A stretch of DNA of 64,000 nt from Acidobacteriota bacterium (GCA_026393675.1 JAPKZQ010000019.1:14333-78332), one strand, 5' to 3'; counted from the first letter of the stretch, positions 28,359-36,975 are shown. The notes: generated by a model from the sequence alone, not told the origin. Translations and numbers: made by a program.

Positions 28359-29088
28359 GCCCGGTCCGGTCGCCGCGCCTCCGGTGGCCGGTTTGATCAC
28401 GCGGGCGCTGCGCCGCCTCGTCCAGGTCCGATTCGACCGGCGCGCGGTGGTCGCGGTAGCGATATCCGCGCTGTTCGTCGGCATCGCGTGGGCCGGCACC
28501 GGCTACCGCTACCAGCCATTCATCGACGGGCCTGCGACAATTTCGGGCAAGGTCCCGACCGGCGATGGGGAACTGAAGCCACTTGCCGCGCGCCTGGATC
28601 GGCGGTTTCGCGAACTCACCGCGCGACTGAAAACCACCGCCCCTCGAGGTGTCTACATCGTCATCGACCAGACCCAAAACCGGCTCTACCTGAAACGCGA
28701 TGACGACACGCTGCTCGAGGCGAGGTGCTCGGCCGGATCGGGGATGGTGCTGAAGGAGACAGGCGGCAAGAAGCGCGAATGGGTGTTCGACTCGCCCCGC
28801 GGCCGGTTCGAGGTCCTGGCGATGTGGCGCAATCCGGTGTGGGCGAAGCCCGACTGGGCCTTCATCGAAGAGGGCCAGCCGATCCCGATCAACCCGGCGG
28901 ACCGGCTCGAGTCGGGATCGCTCGGCGAGTACGCCCTGTATTTCGGCAACGGCTTTATGATCCACGGCACGCTCTACGAGCGCCTGCTGGGCCGGGCCGT
29001 GTCGCACGGCTGCGTCCGCGTCGGACGTGACGACCTGCGGAAGGTCTGGGCGAATGCGCGGCTCGGCACGCGCATCTACATCTACTGA
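28297..29088 (+). CDS. L,D-transpeptidase (YkuD) family protein
   Basis: FMIHGT....LGRAVSHGCVRVGRDDL catalytic motif. N-terminal TM. Start is uncertain (28282, 28297 or later). Confidence 0.75.
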   Translation: MDPLPSLPTSTGATPPTAGPEPGPVAAPPVAGLITRALRRLVQVRFDRRAVVAVAISALFVGIAWAGTGYRYQPFIDGPATISGKVPTGDGELKPLAARLDRRFRELTARLKTTAPRGVYIVIDQTQNRLYLKRDDDTLLEARCSAGSGMVLKETGGKKREWVFDSPRGRFEVLAMWRNPVWAKPDWAFIEEGQPIPINPADRLESGSLGEYALYFGNGFMIHGTLYERLLGRAVSHGCVRVGRDDLRKVWANARLGTRIYIY

Positions 29089-29094
29089 CACGTC

Positions 29095-29892
29095 ATGACG
29101 AACCATCGAGCGTTCATGCGAACCTGTCTGGCAATGATCGTCGCGGGAGCCGCCGGCCTCGCGGTTACGACGTGCGCGAAGGGCCAGGCGACGCCGTCGC
29201 CTTCGGAGATCCGGCCACAGGTGGCGCGGCTCCAGCGGATCAACAGTGTCCTGCAGCGGCAGATCGAGCTGGCCGGGGGCAAGCAGTTCTACCTGGTGCT
29301 CGACTCTGGTGCCTCAGACATCACCCTGATGCTGAGCGGCGCCGAGCTCCAGCGTTATCCCGTACTCGGGCTGCAGGTGGGCCAGCCGCGGGTCTCGTGG
29401 GTCAGACGCCGTGATCCGCGGCCGTGGCAGGACGTCGTCTGGTCACACGGTGAGCTCGACCCGCCGCGCCAGATTGATCGGCTCGTGATCGAGGCCGCTC
29501 CGCCTGGCAAGGACACGGCCGAGCCGGAGGCTCCACCCGTGCCTTCCACGCCCGAGGAGTTATATCCGGTGCCGTCGCGGTACCACGTGCGATTCGACGA
29601 GGGGCGATCCATTGAGGTTCGCCCGTTGGAAGCCGATGCACAGGCGGGAAGGCTGGCGCGCCTGCGTGCCTGGTGGAGCGCGAAGTGGCACGACGTGGTC
29701 GCGGCTGTTTTCGGCACGGACCGCGACGCCGTCCGGTTGCGCATCGTGCTGAATCCCAAAGATGCGGCGTCGCTGTATCGATCCCTGCCGCCCGCCGTGC
29801 ACCTGGTCATCCTCGCGCAGGGCCGCCCGCCAGCGCCGGGAGGCACGCCGCGCCCGTCCCCCGCTCGCACACCGACAGAGGGAAAGGACTAA
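29095..29892 (+). CDS. hypothetical exported protein, possibly a degenerate YkuD-like scaffold lacking the catalytic Cys
   Basis: Signal MRTCLAMIVAGAAGLAVTTCA. YLVLDSGASDITLMLSGAELQRYPV resembles the N-terminal strand pattern of L,D-transpeptidases, but no HxxxxxxGC motif is present. Confidence 0.45.
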   Translation: MTNHRAFMRTCLAMIVAGAAGLAVTTCAKGQATPSPSEIRPQVARLQRINSVLQRQIELAGGKQFYLVLDSGASDITLMLSGAELQRYPVLGLQVGQPRVSWVRRRDPRPWQDVVWSHGELDPPRQIDRLVIEAAPPGKDTAEPEAPPVPSTPEELYPVPSRYHVRFDEGRSIEVRPLEADAQAGRLARLRAWWSAKWHDVVAAVFGTDRDAVRLRIVLNPKDAASLYRSLPPAVHLVILAQGRPPAPGGTPRPSPARTPTEGKD

Positions 29893-30002
29893 AGGTGACC
29901 GCCCGCCGCTGCGGCTTGTGACTGGTTTCGTCGTGTGCGCGGCGTTCGTGCTGGTGGTCCCGTCGCCAGCAGCAGCGCTTCCGCCACAACAGGGTCGCTG
30001 TC

Positions 30003-30836
30003 CTATCGGGACAGCCGCTTGCGCTGGACGGCTTTCTTGCCGTCGGCCGGCGGGCTCCAGAAGTCCTGGGAGCGAAGATCGCACTCGCGGATCATCCGGG
30101 CGCAGTACTCGTTGTGGCCGAGATCGGCGGCGCCCGTGTTGTTGGTGCCGCAGGCAAACTTGATCCCGGACTGTTTCGCGAGCCTGATGAAGGCGGCGCT
30201 GGGGATGCGGTAGCGGTTGTTGATCTCCATCGCGATGCCGTTCGCGGCAAGGCCCTTCACGATCTTCTTCATGCGTGCGGGCGTCCAGAGCGTGTCGTAG
30301 TCTGCCGCGATCTGTTCGGGGAGGAAGGTCGGGTTGACGTAGATGTCGATCGGCTCGTTGTCGAAGATGCCGGTGGCCCGGTTGACGAGCGTGTCCATGA
30401 ACTTCTGCGGGTCGGCGATGACCCCGACCTCGTCCTTGATCCACAGCCGCATGCGCTTGCCGTTCTCGTCGGTCCAGGTCATCGAGTCGGTGAAGACGTA
30501 GTCGAATTTCTCGAGCGTCTGTCTCGAGAAGAGGCGCACCCACTCGCGGCCCTCGGCCTGGAACGCGGTGAAGGCCGGCTTACCACGCATCTCGCGCAGA
30601 AAGGCCTCAAGCCCGGCATCGCTGTTGACGGGGACGTTGAGGCCCCCGTTGATGGCGATTCCGTAAACGATGCCTGTCTCGCGCGAGCGGCGGAGGGCGT
30701 CTTCGAGGGTGAGGTCGCCCTTGACGTGCACGTGGTAGTCGACCCTCGCCCCGGTGGCGGCGCCGGGCAGAGGGGGCTGGGCGAGAGCAGGACTGGAGAT
30801 CAACGCCAGGCAGGCGAACGCTCGGAGAAGGGACAT
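30003..30836 (-). CDS. secreted PHP/amidohydrolase-like metal-dependent hydrolase
   Basis: Signal MSLLRAFACLALISSPALAQ. VDYHVHV metal-binding start. A TIM-barrel-like pattern follows. Weak family call. Confidence 0.5.
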   Translation of the reverse strand: MSLLRAFACLALISSPALAQPPLPGAATGARVDYHVHVKGDLTLEDALRRSRETGIVYGIAINGGLNVPVNSDAGLEAFLREMRGKPAFTAFQAEGREWVRLFSRQTLEKFDYVFTDSMTWTDENGKRMRLWIKDEVGVIADPQKFMDTLVNRATGIFDNEPIDIYVNPTFLPEQIAADYDTLWTPARMKKIVKGLAANGIAMEINNRYRIPSAAFIRLAKQSGIKFACGTNNTGAADLGHNEYCARMIRECDLRSQDFWSPPADGKKAVQRKRLSR

Positions 30837-30940
30837 GCGGGCTCCTTTGGCGGATATGCTAGCCTACTCCCGCTTCGCCGACGCGGACGAAGAACAGAGG
30901 CGGCAGGGCATCAACATCACCTGGCAAGAGTGGAGGCATC

Positions 30941-31786
30941 ATGAACGAACATTCCCGACGCGATTTCGTGAGGCTCGCCGCGGTCACGGCGGCACTCGGT
31001 GCGATGTCGGGTGCCGGGGAGCGCGCGTTCGCCGCCGCAGGCGCCGCGGCCCCTCGTGCGCCGTTCGATCTCGGCATCGCCTCTTACACGTTCCGCTCGT
31101 TCCCATTGGACCAGGCGATCGCGATGACCGCACGCCTGCGCGTGCGGAAGCTCACGTTGAAGGACATGCACCTGCCGATGGCCATCACGGCCCAGGAGAT
31201 GGAGGCGGTGCGCGCGAAGATGAAGGCCGCCGGCGTCGAACTCTCGTCGTGCGGCGTCGTCTACATGAAGACGGAAGAGGAGGTCCACAAGGCGTTCGCG
31301 TACGCCCGGTTGGCAGGCATCAGCATGATGGTGGGCGTGCCGGACGCGCCGCTGCTGGGACTGGCCGAGCAGAAGGTGAAAGAGACCGGCATCGCGATGG
31401 CTGTCCACAACCACGGCTCCAACGATCAGCGCTTCCCGAGCCCCGAGAGCGCCTACCGGCTGATCGAGAAGATGGATCGCCGCGTGGGGCTCTGCATCGA
31501 CGTGGGCCACACGCAGCGTCTGGGCCTGGACCCGGCGGTCGAGGTCGAGCGGTTTTTCGATCGGCTCCTCGACGTGCACATCAAGGACGTCAGCTCCGCT
31601 GATGCGAAGGGCACCACCGTCGAGATCGGGAGCGGCGTCATCGACATCCCGAAGCTCCTGAAGACCCTCGTCAGGCTCGGGTACTCGAACACGATTCACT
31701 TCGAGCACGAAAAGGACGAGAAGGACCCGTTTCCGGGCGTGGCCGAATCGGTCGGTTACGTGCGGGGCGTGCTGGCGGCCGTGTGA
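30941..31786 (+). CDS. TAT-exported sugar phosphate isomerase/epimerase (xylose isomerase-like TIM barrel)
   Basis: TAT signal SRRDFVRLAAVTAALGAM. Motifs: IASYTFR, MAVHNHG, CIDVGH, IHFEHE. Confidence 0.7.
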   Translation: MNEHSRRDFVRLAAVTAALGAMSGAGERAFAAAGAAAPRAPFDLGIASYTFRSFPLDQAIAMTARLRVRKLTLKDMHLPMAITAQEMEAVRAKMKAAGVELSSCGVVYMKTEEEVHKAFAYARLAGISMMVGVPDAPLLGLAEQKVKETGIAMAVHNHGSNDQRFPSPESAYRLIEKMDRRVGLCIDVGHTQRLGLDPAVEVERFFDRLLDVHIKDVSSADAKGTTVEIGSGVIDIPKLLKTLVRLGYSNTIHFEHEKDEKDPFPGVAESVGYVRGVLAAV

Positions 31787-31909
31787 TGTCTCGCGTTGTC
31801 AGACGACGGTAGGGTCGAGAGAATCGGGGCTCTCCTCCCGCCGCTACGGTTTGACATCCCTCATCTGGCTTGGAGGTGCGCCTTCGTGCTTTCATTGTAA
31901 TACATGTAA

Positions 31910-31938
31910 TTGACATATGTGTCTATAACGAGTATTAC
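31910..31938 (+). promoter_or_regulatory. putative promoter of the abiEii-abiEi pair, with adjacent 8-bp palindromes
   Basis: TTGACA (31910-31915), 17 nt spacer, TATTAC (31933-31938). Palindromes TACATGTA (31901-31908) and ACATATGT (31913-31920). Local GC is 30% over 31891-31950 (18/60 counted). Confidence 0.4.
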
Positions 31939-31954
31939 TAGTTTCGGAACAGCA

Positions 31955-32719
31955 ATGGACGCCGTCACACCCATCCGATTCGTCGAACAGTTTCATCTCC
32001 TGTTTCTCGTCCAGCTCAGCCGACGTGTAGACAAGAAGCTCTTCGTCGTCAAAGACGGATGCAATCTCCGCTTCTTCCACCGGAGCATCCGCTACTCCGA
32101 GGACATGGACCTCGATCTGGGTGACGTGGACACCCACGTCTTCCGGGACAAGGTGCGAGAGATTTTCGCTTCGCGGCCCTTCGCCCAGATCCTCGAGGCC
32201 AGGGCTATCCGCATCGACCACGTGACCGAGCATAAGCAGACCGACACGACCCAACGCTGGAAACTTGCACTCCGCGTAGAGGACGCCGCCGTTCCGCTTC
32301 CGACGAAGATCGAGTTCTCGAGGCGCGGCCTGGACGAAGGCGTGACGTTTGGCAGCGTCGATGCGAACGTGGCGCGCATGTACCAGTTGCCGCCGCTGAT
32401 GGTGAGTCACTACGATGCCGCGACGGCGTTCCGCCAGAAGGTTGGTGCGCTCGCGGGACGTCGCGAAACCCAGGCGCGCGACGTGTTCGATCTGCACCAC
32501 CTGCTCGCGACCGGTGGAGCAGCGGGCGCGGTGGAACAACCCGACCGGCGGGTGGCCGAGCGGGCGAGCGCCAATGCGATGACGGTCGACTTCGGGATGT
32601 TCAAGAGCCAGGTGCTGGCCTACCTTCCACCCGACGATCAGGCGCGCTACGACTCATCGTCGGTCTGGGAGACCATCGTGCTGGAGGTGGTCGAGGCGCT
32701 CAGGATGGGCCAGCCATGA
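31955..32719 (+). CDS. AbiEii/AbiGii-family nucleotidyltransferase toxin (type IV TA)
   Basis: FVVKDGCNLRFFHRSIRYSEDMDLDL NTase signature. Length and the C-terminal helical region fit DUF1814/AbiEii. Confidence 0.8.
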   Translation: MDAVTPIRFVEQFHLLFLVQLSRRVDKKLFVVKDGCNLRFFHRSIRYSEDMDLDLGDVDTHVFRDKVREIFASRPFAQILEARAIRIDHVTEHKQTDTTQRWKLALRVEDAAVPLPTKIEFSRRGLDEGVTFGSVDANVARMYQLPPLMVSHYDAATAFRQKVGALAGRRETQARDVFDLHHLLATGGAAGAVEQPDRRVAERASANAMTVDFGMFKSQVLAYLPPDDQARYDSSSVWETIVLEVVEALRMGQP

Positions 32720-33333
32720 CGCTCCTGGACGCGCTCTCGGCGATCGCGTCGATGGACGAGACCGTGTTCACCACGAGCGACGCCGCCGCCCGTCTGCGAG
32801 TCCTGAACGGCCACGCCAGCGTCATGCTCGCGCGCCTGGCGGCCTCCGGCCAGGTGATCCGCCTCAGGCGCGGTGTCTGGGCCCTCCCGAACCGCGTCGA
32901 TCCGCTCGCACTGCCCGAGTACCTGACATCTCCGTTTCCGGCCTACGTCTCGCTCCAGAGCGCGCTCTATCTTCACGGCATGATCTCGCAGATGCCCGCG
33001 GTGACCTATGCCGTCTCGCTGGCGCGGACGCGGCGGTTCACGACTCCGCTCGGCACCGTGTCGATTCATCACGTCCAGCCGGCGTTCTTCTTCGGCTTCG
33101 AGGACGCCGGTCGCTCCGGTGGTCGTCTCGCGACGCCGGAGAAGGCCCTGGTTGATTTTCTTTACCTCGCACCGGCGCGGTCCAAACTGTTTCGCGCGCT
33201 CCCCGAGCTGGAGTGGCCGAAACGTTTCAGCGTTCGCGAAGCGCGTTCGATCGTGAAGCGGATCGAGCCGGTGAGAAGACGGACGCTCGTGTCCCGCGCG
33301 TTGGACCGATTACTGGAGGAGCGAGGGAGATGA
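32716..33333 (+). CDS. AbiEi-family (COG5340-like) antitoxin/transcriptional regulator
   Basis: N-terminal wHTH pattern FTTSDAAARLRVLNGHASVMLARLAASGQVIRLRRGVWALP. C-terminal PEKALVDFLYL. ATGA overlap with abiEii. Confidence 0.7.
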   Translation: MTLLDALSAIASMDETVFTTSDAAARLRVLNGHASVMLARLAASGQVIRLRRGVWALPNRVDPLALPEYLTSPFPAYVSLQSALYLHGMISQMPAVTYAVSLARTRRFTTPLGTVSIHHVQPAFFFGFEDAGRSGGRLATPEKALVDFLYLAPARSKLFRALPELEWPKRFSVREARSIVKRIEPVRRRTLVSRALDRLLEERGR

Positions 33334-33418
33334 GGGTCCGAATCGTGGCCAGGAGTTGCCGAGGGGCTGTAGAAGCCCGAGGACAAGACCGCGTCACGGG
33401 GTTCCCGCGGCCGGGTCG

Positions 33419-33454
33419 TTGACGGCGACAGGCGTGTGGTGGGATAATCCCACC
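33419..33454 (+). promoter_or_regulatory. vapBC-1 promoter with an overlapping palindromic operator
   Basis: TTGACG (33419-33424), 18 nt spacer, GATAAT (33443-33448). The 17-nt perfect palindrome GGTGGGAT-A-ATCCCACC (33438-33454) abuts ATG 33455. The whole arrangement recurs at 44447-44481. Confidence 0.55.
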
Positions 33455-33682
33455 ATGATCGTGACACTGGACGCGAAACGCCGACTCACAGTCCCCACCT
33501 CGCTGGCCCCGGCTGCGCCGGGCGAGTACTTCGACGCCCGCTTCGACCCTGAGGAAGATGCGATTGTCTTCCGCCGGCTTCCCGCACGTGGGGATTGGTT
33601 CACGATCCTCACCGAATGCCCCGTCAGTATGGACGACCTGCCCGCGCGTCGCCGTGAACCCGCTCGGAGGAGAAAACTGTGA
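33455..33682 (+). CDS. vapB: AbrB/SpoVT-type antitoxin (VapB-like), copy 1
   Basis: MIVTLDAKRRLTVP is a typical SpoVT/AbrB swapped-hairpin N-terminus. 75 aa. It overlaps the downstream PIN gene (GTGA). Confidence 0.75.
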   Translation: MIVTLDAKRRLTVPTSLAPAAPGEYFDARFDPEEDAIVFRRLPARGDWFTILTECPVSMDDLPARRREPARRRKL

Positions 33683-34107
33683 GCTGGCTGCTCGACACAG
33701 ACGTCCTTTCACAACCAGCCAAGCATCACGGCGATCGCAAAGTCGTCGCGTGGCTTGAGCGTGAGAAAGACCGGTGCTACACAAGCGCCGTGGTGATCGC
33801 GCAACTGGCTTACTGGGTTCGCACGAAACAGGGACGTCAACGGGAACAGTTACAGGCGTGGCTCACGCGGTTGGTCGAGGCGATGCAGGGCCGCATCCAC
33901 GGGTTCAACGTGTCGGTGGCGCACGTCTGGGCGGAACAAGAGTACCTGCTCGCAAAAGCCGGCCATCGCATGCCTGTGGAGGACAGCTACATCGCGGCGA
34001 CGGCCCACCGCTATGGCTTGACGATCGTCACAGGAAACGACCAGGACTTCCGTCGGCCGGGGCTGAAGGTGCTGAATCCATTCACCGAGCTCGCGGATCT
34101 GGAGTAG
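33679..34107 (+). CDS. vapC: PIN-domain ribonuclease toxin (VapC/FitB-like), copy 1
   Basis: LLDTDVLS (first acidic residue), ...EDSYIAATA..., TIVTGNDQDF. 142 aa. Confidence 0.85.
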   Translation: MSWLLDTDVLSQPAKHHGDRKVVAWLEREKDRCYTSAVVIAQLAYWVRTKQGRQREQLQAWLTRLVEAMQGRIHGFNVSVAHVWAEQEYLLAKAGHRMPVEDSYIAATAHRYGLTIVTGNDQDFRRPGLKVLNPFTELADLE

Positions 34108-34190
34108 GCACGCGACAGAATCGAGCCTCCGATTGTCTTCGCCTGAGTTGTATCGCGCGCAACCTCGGCCCACGTGCTACACTGTCTTAC

Positions 34191-34409
34191 ATGCCTGGAA
34201 CACTTACCATCCGATTGGACAAGGAACTCGAACGCAGTCTCGACCGGGTCTGCGAGCGGTCTGGCCGCACTCGCAGCGCGGTCATCCGTGACGCGCTGCG
34301 CAGGCAATTGGCTCTGTCGAGGTACGAAGACCTGCGGCGCCGCGTGATGCCATTCGCCGAAGCGCGAGGCTACCTGGTAGACGATGACGTGGTGCGAGAC
34401 ATCTCGTGA
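34191..34409 (+). CDS. ribbon-helix-helix (CopG-like) antitoxin
   Basis: MPGTLTIRLDKELERSLDRVCERSGRTRSAVIRDALRRQL is a classic RHH. It overlaps the PIN gene start. A TACACT -10-like box ends 7 nt before the ATG. Confidence 0.75.
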   Translation: MPGTLTIRLDKELERSLDRVCERSGRTRSAVIRDALRRQLALSRYEDLRRRVMPFAEARGYLVDDDVVRDIS

Positions 34410-34822
34410 GGATCCTGCTCGACACAAACGTCCTGGCCAGCGCATTCGCCACTCGAGGCCTGTGTGCCGACGTGCTCCGAGTGGTGCTGTCCGACCACAA
34501 ACTGGTCGTGCCGGAGGTTGTGCTCGACGAACTGCGCCGCGTGTTGCAGAAGCAGTTCAAGGTTCCGCGGCCCCTGGTTGCGGAGATCGAGGCCTTCCTG
34601 CGCGAGCACGACGTGATTCCAAAACCCAAGAGGCCTGGCCCGGTTCGGTTGCGGGACTTGTCAGATGAGTGGGTTGTTGCGTCCGCGTTGGCCGGCCGCG
34701 CGGATGTTATCGTCTCTGGCGACGGCGACCTGCTGGTCCTCGGTGACACCGGCCCGGTTCCGGTCTTGTCGCCGAGACAGTTCTGGGAGTGGCTGCAGCC
34801 GGGTGCGAAGGTAAAGCGCTGA
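34406..34822 (+). CDS. PIN-domain toxin (second, unrelated family)
   Basis: MRILLDTNVLASAF... and ...VSGDGDLLVLG are typical PIN_3/VapC-like acidic motifs. Confidence 0.8.
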   Translation: MRILLDTNVLASAFATRGLCADVLRVVLSDHKLVVPEVVLDELRRVLQKQFKVPRPLVAEIEAFLREHDVIPKPKRPGPVRLRDLSDEWVVASALAGRADVIVSGDGDLLVLGDTGPVPVLSPRQFWEWLQPGAKVKR

Positions 34823-34924
34823 TGACGCCTGTCGGAAGCTCGCGAGGGCGTCGGTGGCTTGGAAGTCTGCCTTCGCCCTTCGGCGGACATCCGCCATAGC
34901 CCCTGGATCGCATCCGGGCGACGG

Positions 34925-34962
34925 AGGATGGTGCGGAAGGGGGGCTTCGGAACATCACACAG
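34925..34962 (-). repeat. tRNA-Leu 3'-end fragment (att-like relic A)
   Basis: TGGTGCGGAAGGGGGG (34929-34944) is identical to 54855-54870, the acceptor 3' strand plus T-stem of the intact tRNA-Leu. Degenerate similarity continues on both sides (agg upstream; cTTCGgAAC..CACAC downstream). Same orientation as the tRNA. Confidence 0.6.
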
Positions 34963-35004
34963 ATTCTAAAACTCGACACGGTGACACAAGGGCTCAGGTA
35001 ACTT

Positions 35005-35682
35005 ATGCAGGCGCCATTGAAGAGAACACCAGCCAATCGTAGGCGGCCGCTGAGGCGTACGGCAGGCCCCTCACGAACCCGCGCGCTCATCACGCTGACT
35101 CTCGTCCTCGTGGCCGTGCTCGGGGTATCGGCGCGGCAGCGTACGAGTGGGCAGGTTGTCGCCGGTACCGCCGTGGATGCGACGGGCGCCGTGCTGCCTC
35201 GCGCACAGGTCACGCTGACCACGACCTCGAACGCCGCGGTGCAGACCACGACCACCGACGCGGCCGGCACGTTTCGGTTCGAGGGTGTGGTGCCGGGTCG
35301 GTACGAGATCCGGGTCAGCTTCGAAGGATTCCAGCCGACCATCGCGCAAGTGACCGTTGGCTCTCGGGCGCCTTCAAAGGTTCGCATCATGCTGCCGCTG
35401 GCGAACGTCAAGCAGGAAGTCACGGTTAGCAATCAGGCGCGTGAGGTGAGCACGAGCGCCGCGACGAATTCCGATGCGGTCACCGTCGACAAGAACTTGC
35501 TCGAGAGCCTGCCGGTGTTCGATCAGGATGTGGTCGCGACGGTGTCGCGATTCCTTGATGCTGGCTCGCTTGGCAACGGTGGCGTCACCGTGGTGGTCAA
35601 CGGCATGGAAGTGAGCGCGCTCGTGTCATCGTTCCTGGCGCATAGCGGGCCGTGGCGCCCACAGGACTCGATTGAGCAGTAG
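35005..35682 (+). pseudogene. N-terminal fragment of a CarboxypepD_reg/TonB-receptor-like OM protein (truncated)
   Basis: VAGTAVDATGAVLPRAQVTLTT...TDAAGTFRFEGVVPGRYEIRVSFEGFQP is a CarboxypepD_reg domain. It is followed by the start of a plug-like region (LLESLPVFDQD...GGVTVVVNGMEV). The ORF then ends after 225 aa and overlaps the 3' end of the convergent M20 gene. Confidence 0.55.
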
Positions 35683-36975
35683 TGCTGCGCGCTTCGTGAT
35701 CGCCGCCATCTCTTCAAGGTCCGTGTATTCGCCCGGGGCGTGCTCCTGGGCGCCCAGCCCGCCGAGGCCATCGAGTCCCGAAAGCAGCGTGGCCACAAAC
35801 GAGATGTCGCCCGCGCCGCGCTTGGACGGATCGTGCGCGGTGATGGGGCCCGTGCCGAGATCGCGCGACACCTGATCGAGCGTCGCGAGCAGCGCGCGAT
35901 TGCCGTCGGTCGGCTCCATCGACGGCATGCCATCTTCGAACGTGATGCTCGCCGACGTCTTCGGCAGATTCGCCGCGACAATTGCCCGCATCTTTCCGCG
36001 GGCCCGCTCCAACTGCTCGCGCGACAGGAAGCGCATGTCGCCCTCGACGATCACCGAGCGGGGCACCACGTTGGTCTTGCCGGTCGCCGTGCCGGTGAAG
36101 GTTGCCGAGTCGTACTTGACCTCGGTGCCCCCGATGACCACGCTCGGGTTATAGGTGAGATACGGCTCCCGGAGTTCGGCGTGAAAAGCCTGGAGGATGC
36201 GCGCGGCTTCGAAGATCGCGCCGCTGCCGCGGTCATCGCCGAAAATCGTGGACGAGTGCCCCTGAGACCCTGCGACCTCGAGCCGCCACGAGCTGAATCC
36301 GCGGCGGCCCACGACCGCCGTTCCGGGTTCGTACCCCTCGAAGGCCAACGCGACGTCGCTGCGTTTCGCTGCCTCGACAAGCGCCGACCGGCTCGACTCG
36401 TACGGCCTGCCCGTGTCCTCCTCGTCGCCGGTGAGCACCACGATGACCTGGCGATCGGTGAGGCGCCCGGCAGCGTGAAGCGCACGAAGCGCTTCGACGA
36501 TGATGACGTTGCCGGACTTCATGTCGGACGAGCCGCTGCCATAGCCACGCCGGCCATCGCGTCGGAACGCCTCGCCCTGCAGCACGGTGTCGAGATGGCC
36601 AATCAGCAGAACCCGCGTACCCTTCGTTCCCCGGTGCTCCGCGACCAGATGGCCCGCACGCCCAACCTCCTTCTGGTCAACCCACGTCGTCTCGAAGCCG
36701 AGAGACGCCAGTTCCGCGGCGTACAATTCGCCAACCCGTTTCACACCCTCGTGATTCTCGGTGGCGCTCGGGATGTTGACGCAACGCGCGAGCAGGTCGA
36801 CGGCGGCTTCACGGCGCTGGTCGATAAACTTGAGAACCTGCTGCTCGGCCGACGTGAGTTCGCTGGCTGAGAGATGCACGCTCATCAACAGGCCGACGAA
36901 GACGAGGGAACGGCGGATGGTCACAACAACTCCTTTGCGGGTGTCTGGCGTACCGGACGCTCGCACAACATCCAT
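35626..36975 (-). CDS. M20-family metallopeptidase (carboxypeptidase G2/glutamate carboxypeptidase-like)
   Basis: LLIGHLDTV, SDMKSGNV, VLTGDEEDTG, and the dimerisation-domain pattern. N-terminal signal-like segment. Start is uncertain. Confidence 0.8.
   Translation of the reverse strand: MDVVRASGTPDTRKGVVVTIRRSLVFVGLLMSVHLSASELTSAEQQVLKFIDQRREAAVDLLARCVNIPSATENHEGVKRVGELYAAELASLGFETTWVDQKEVGRAGHLVAEHRGTKGTRVLLIGHLDTVLQGEAFRRDGRRGYGSGSSDMKSGNVIIVEALRALHAAGRLTDRQVIVVLTGDEEDTGRPYESSRSALVEAAKRSDVALAFEGYEPGTAVVGRRGFSSWRLEVAGSQGHSSTIFGDDRGSGAIFEAARILQAFHAELREPYLTYNPSVVIGGTEVKYDSATFTGTATGKTNVVPRSVIVEGDMRFLSREQLERARGKMRAIVAANLPKTSASITFEDGMPSMEPTDGNRALLATLDQVSRDLGTGPITAHDPSKRGAGDISFVATLLSGLDGLGGLGAQEHAPGEYTDLEEMAAITKRAALLLNRVLWAPRPAMRQER

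Noticed and set aside
31790-31900. A fourth tRNA-Leu fragment at the left edge of the TA island (tggaggtgcg against tggtgcggaag).
   Set aside because: Only a 6-7 nt match, not distinguishable from chance.
33227-33784. Conserved antisense ORFs over both vapBC cassettes (33227-33784 and 44287-44811).
   Set aside because: They are conserved only because the DNA is duplicated. The sense-strand VapB/VapC motifs explain the region.
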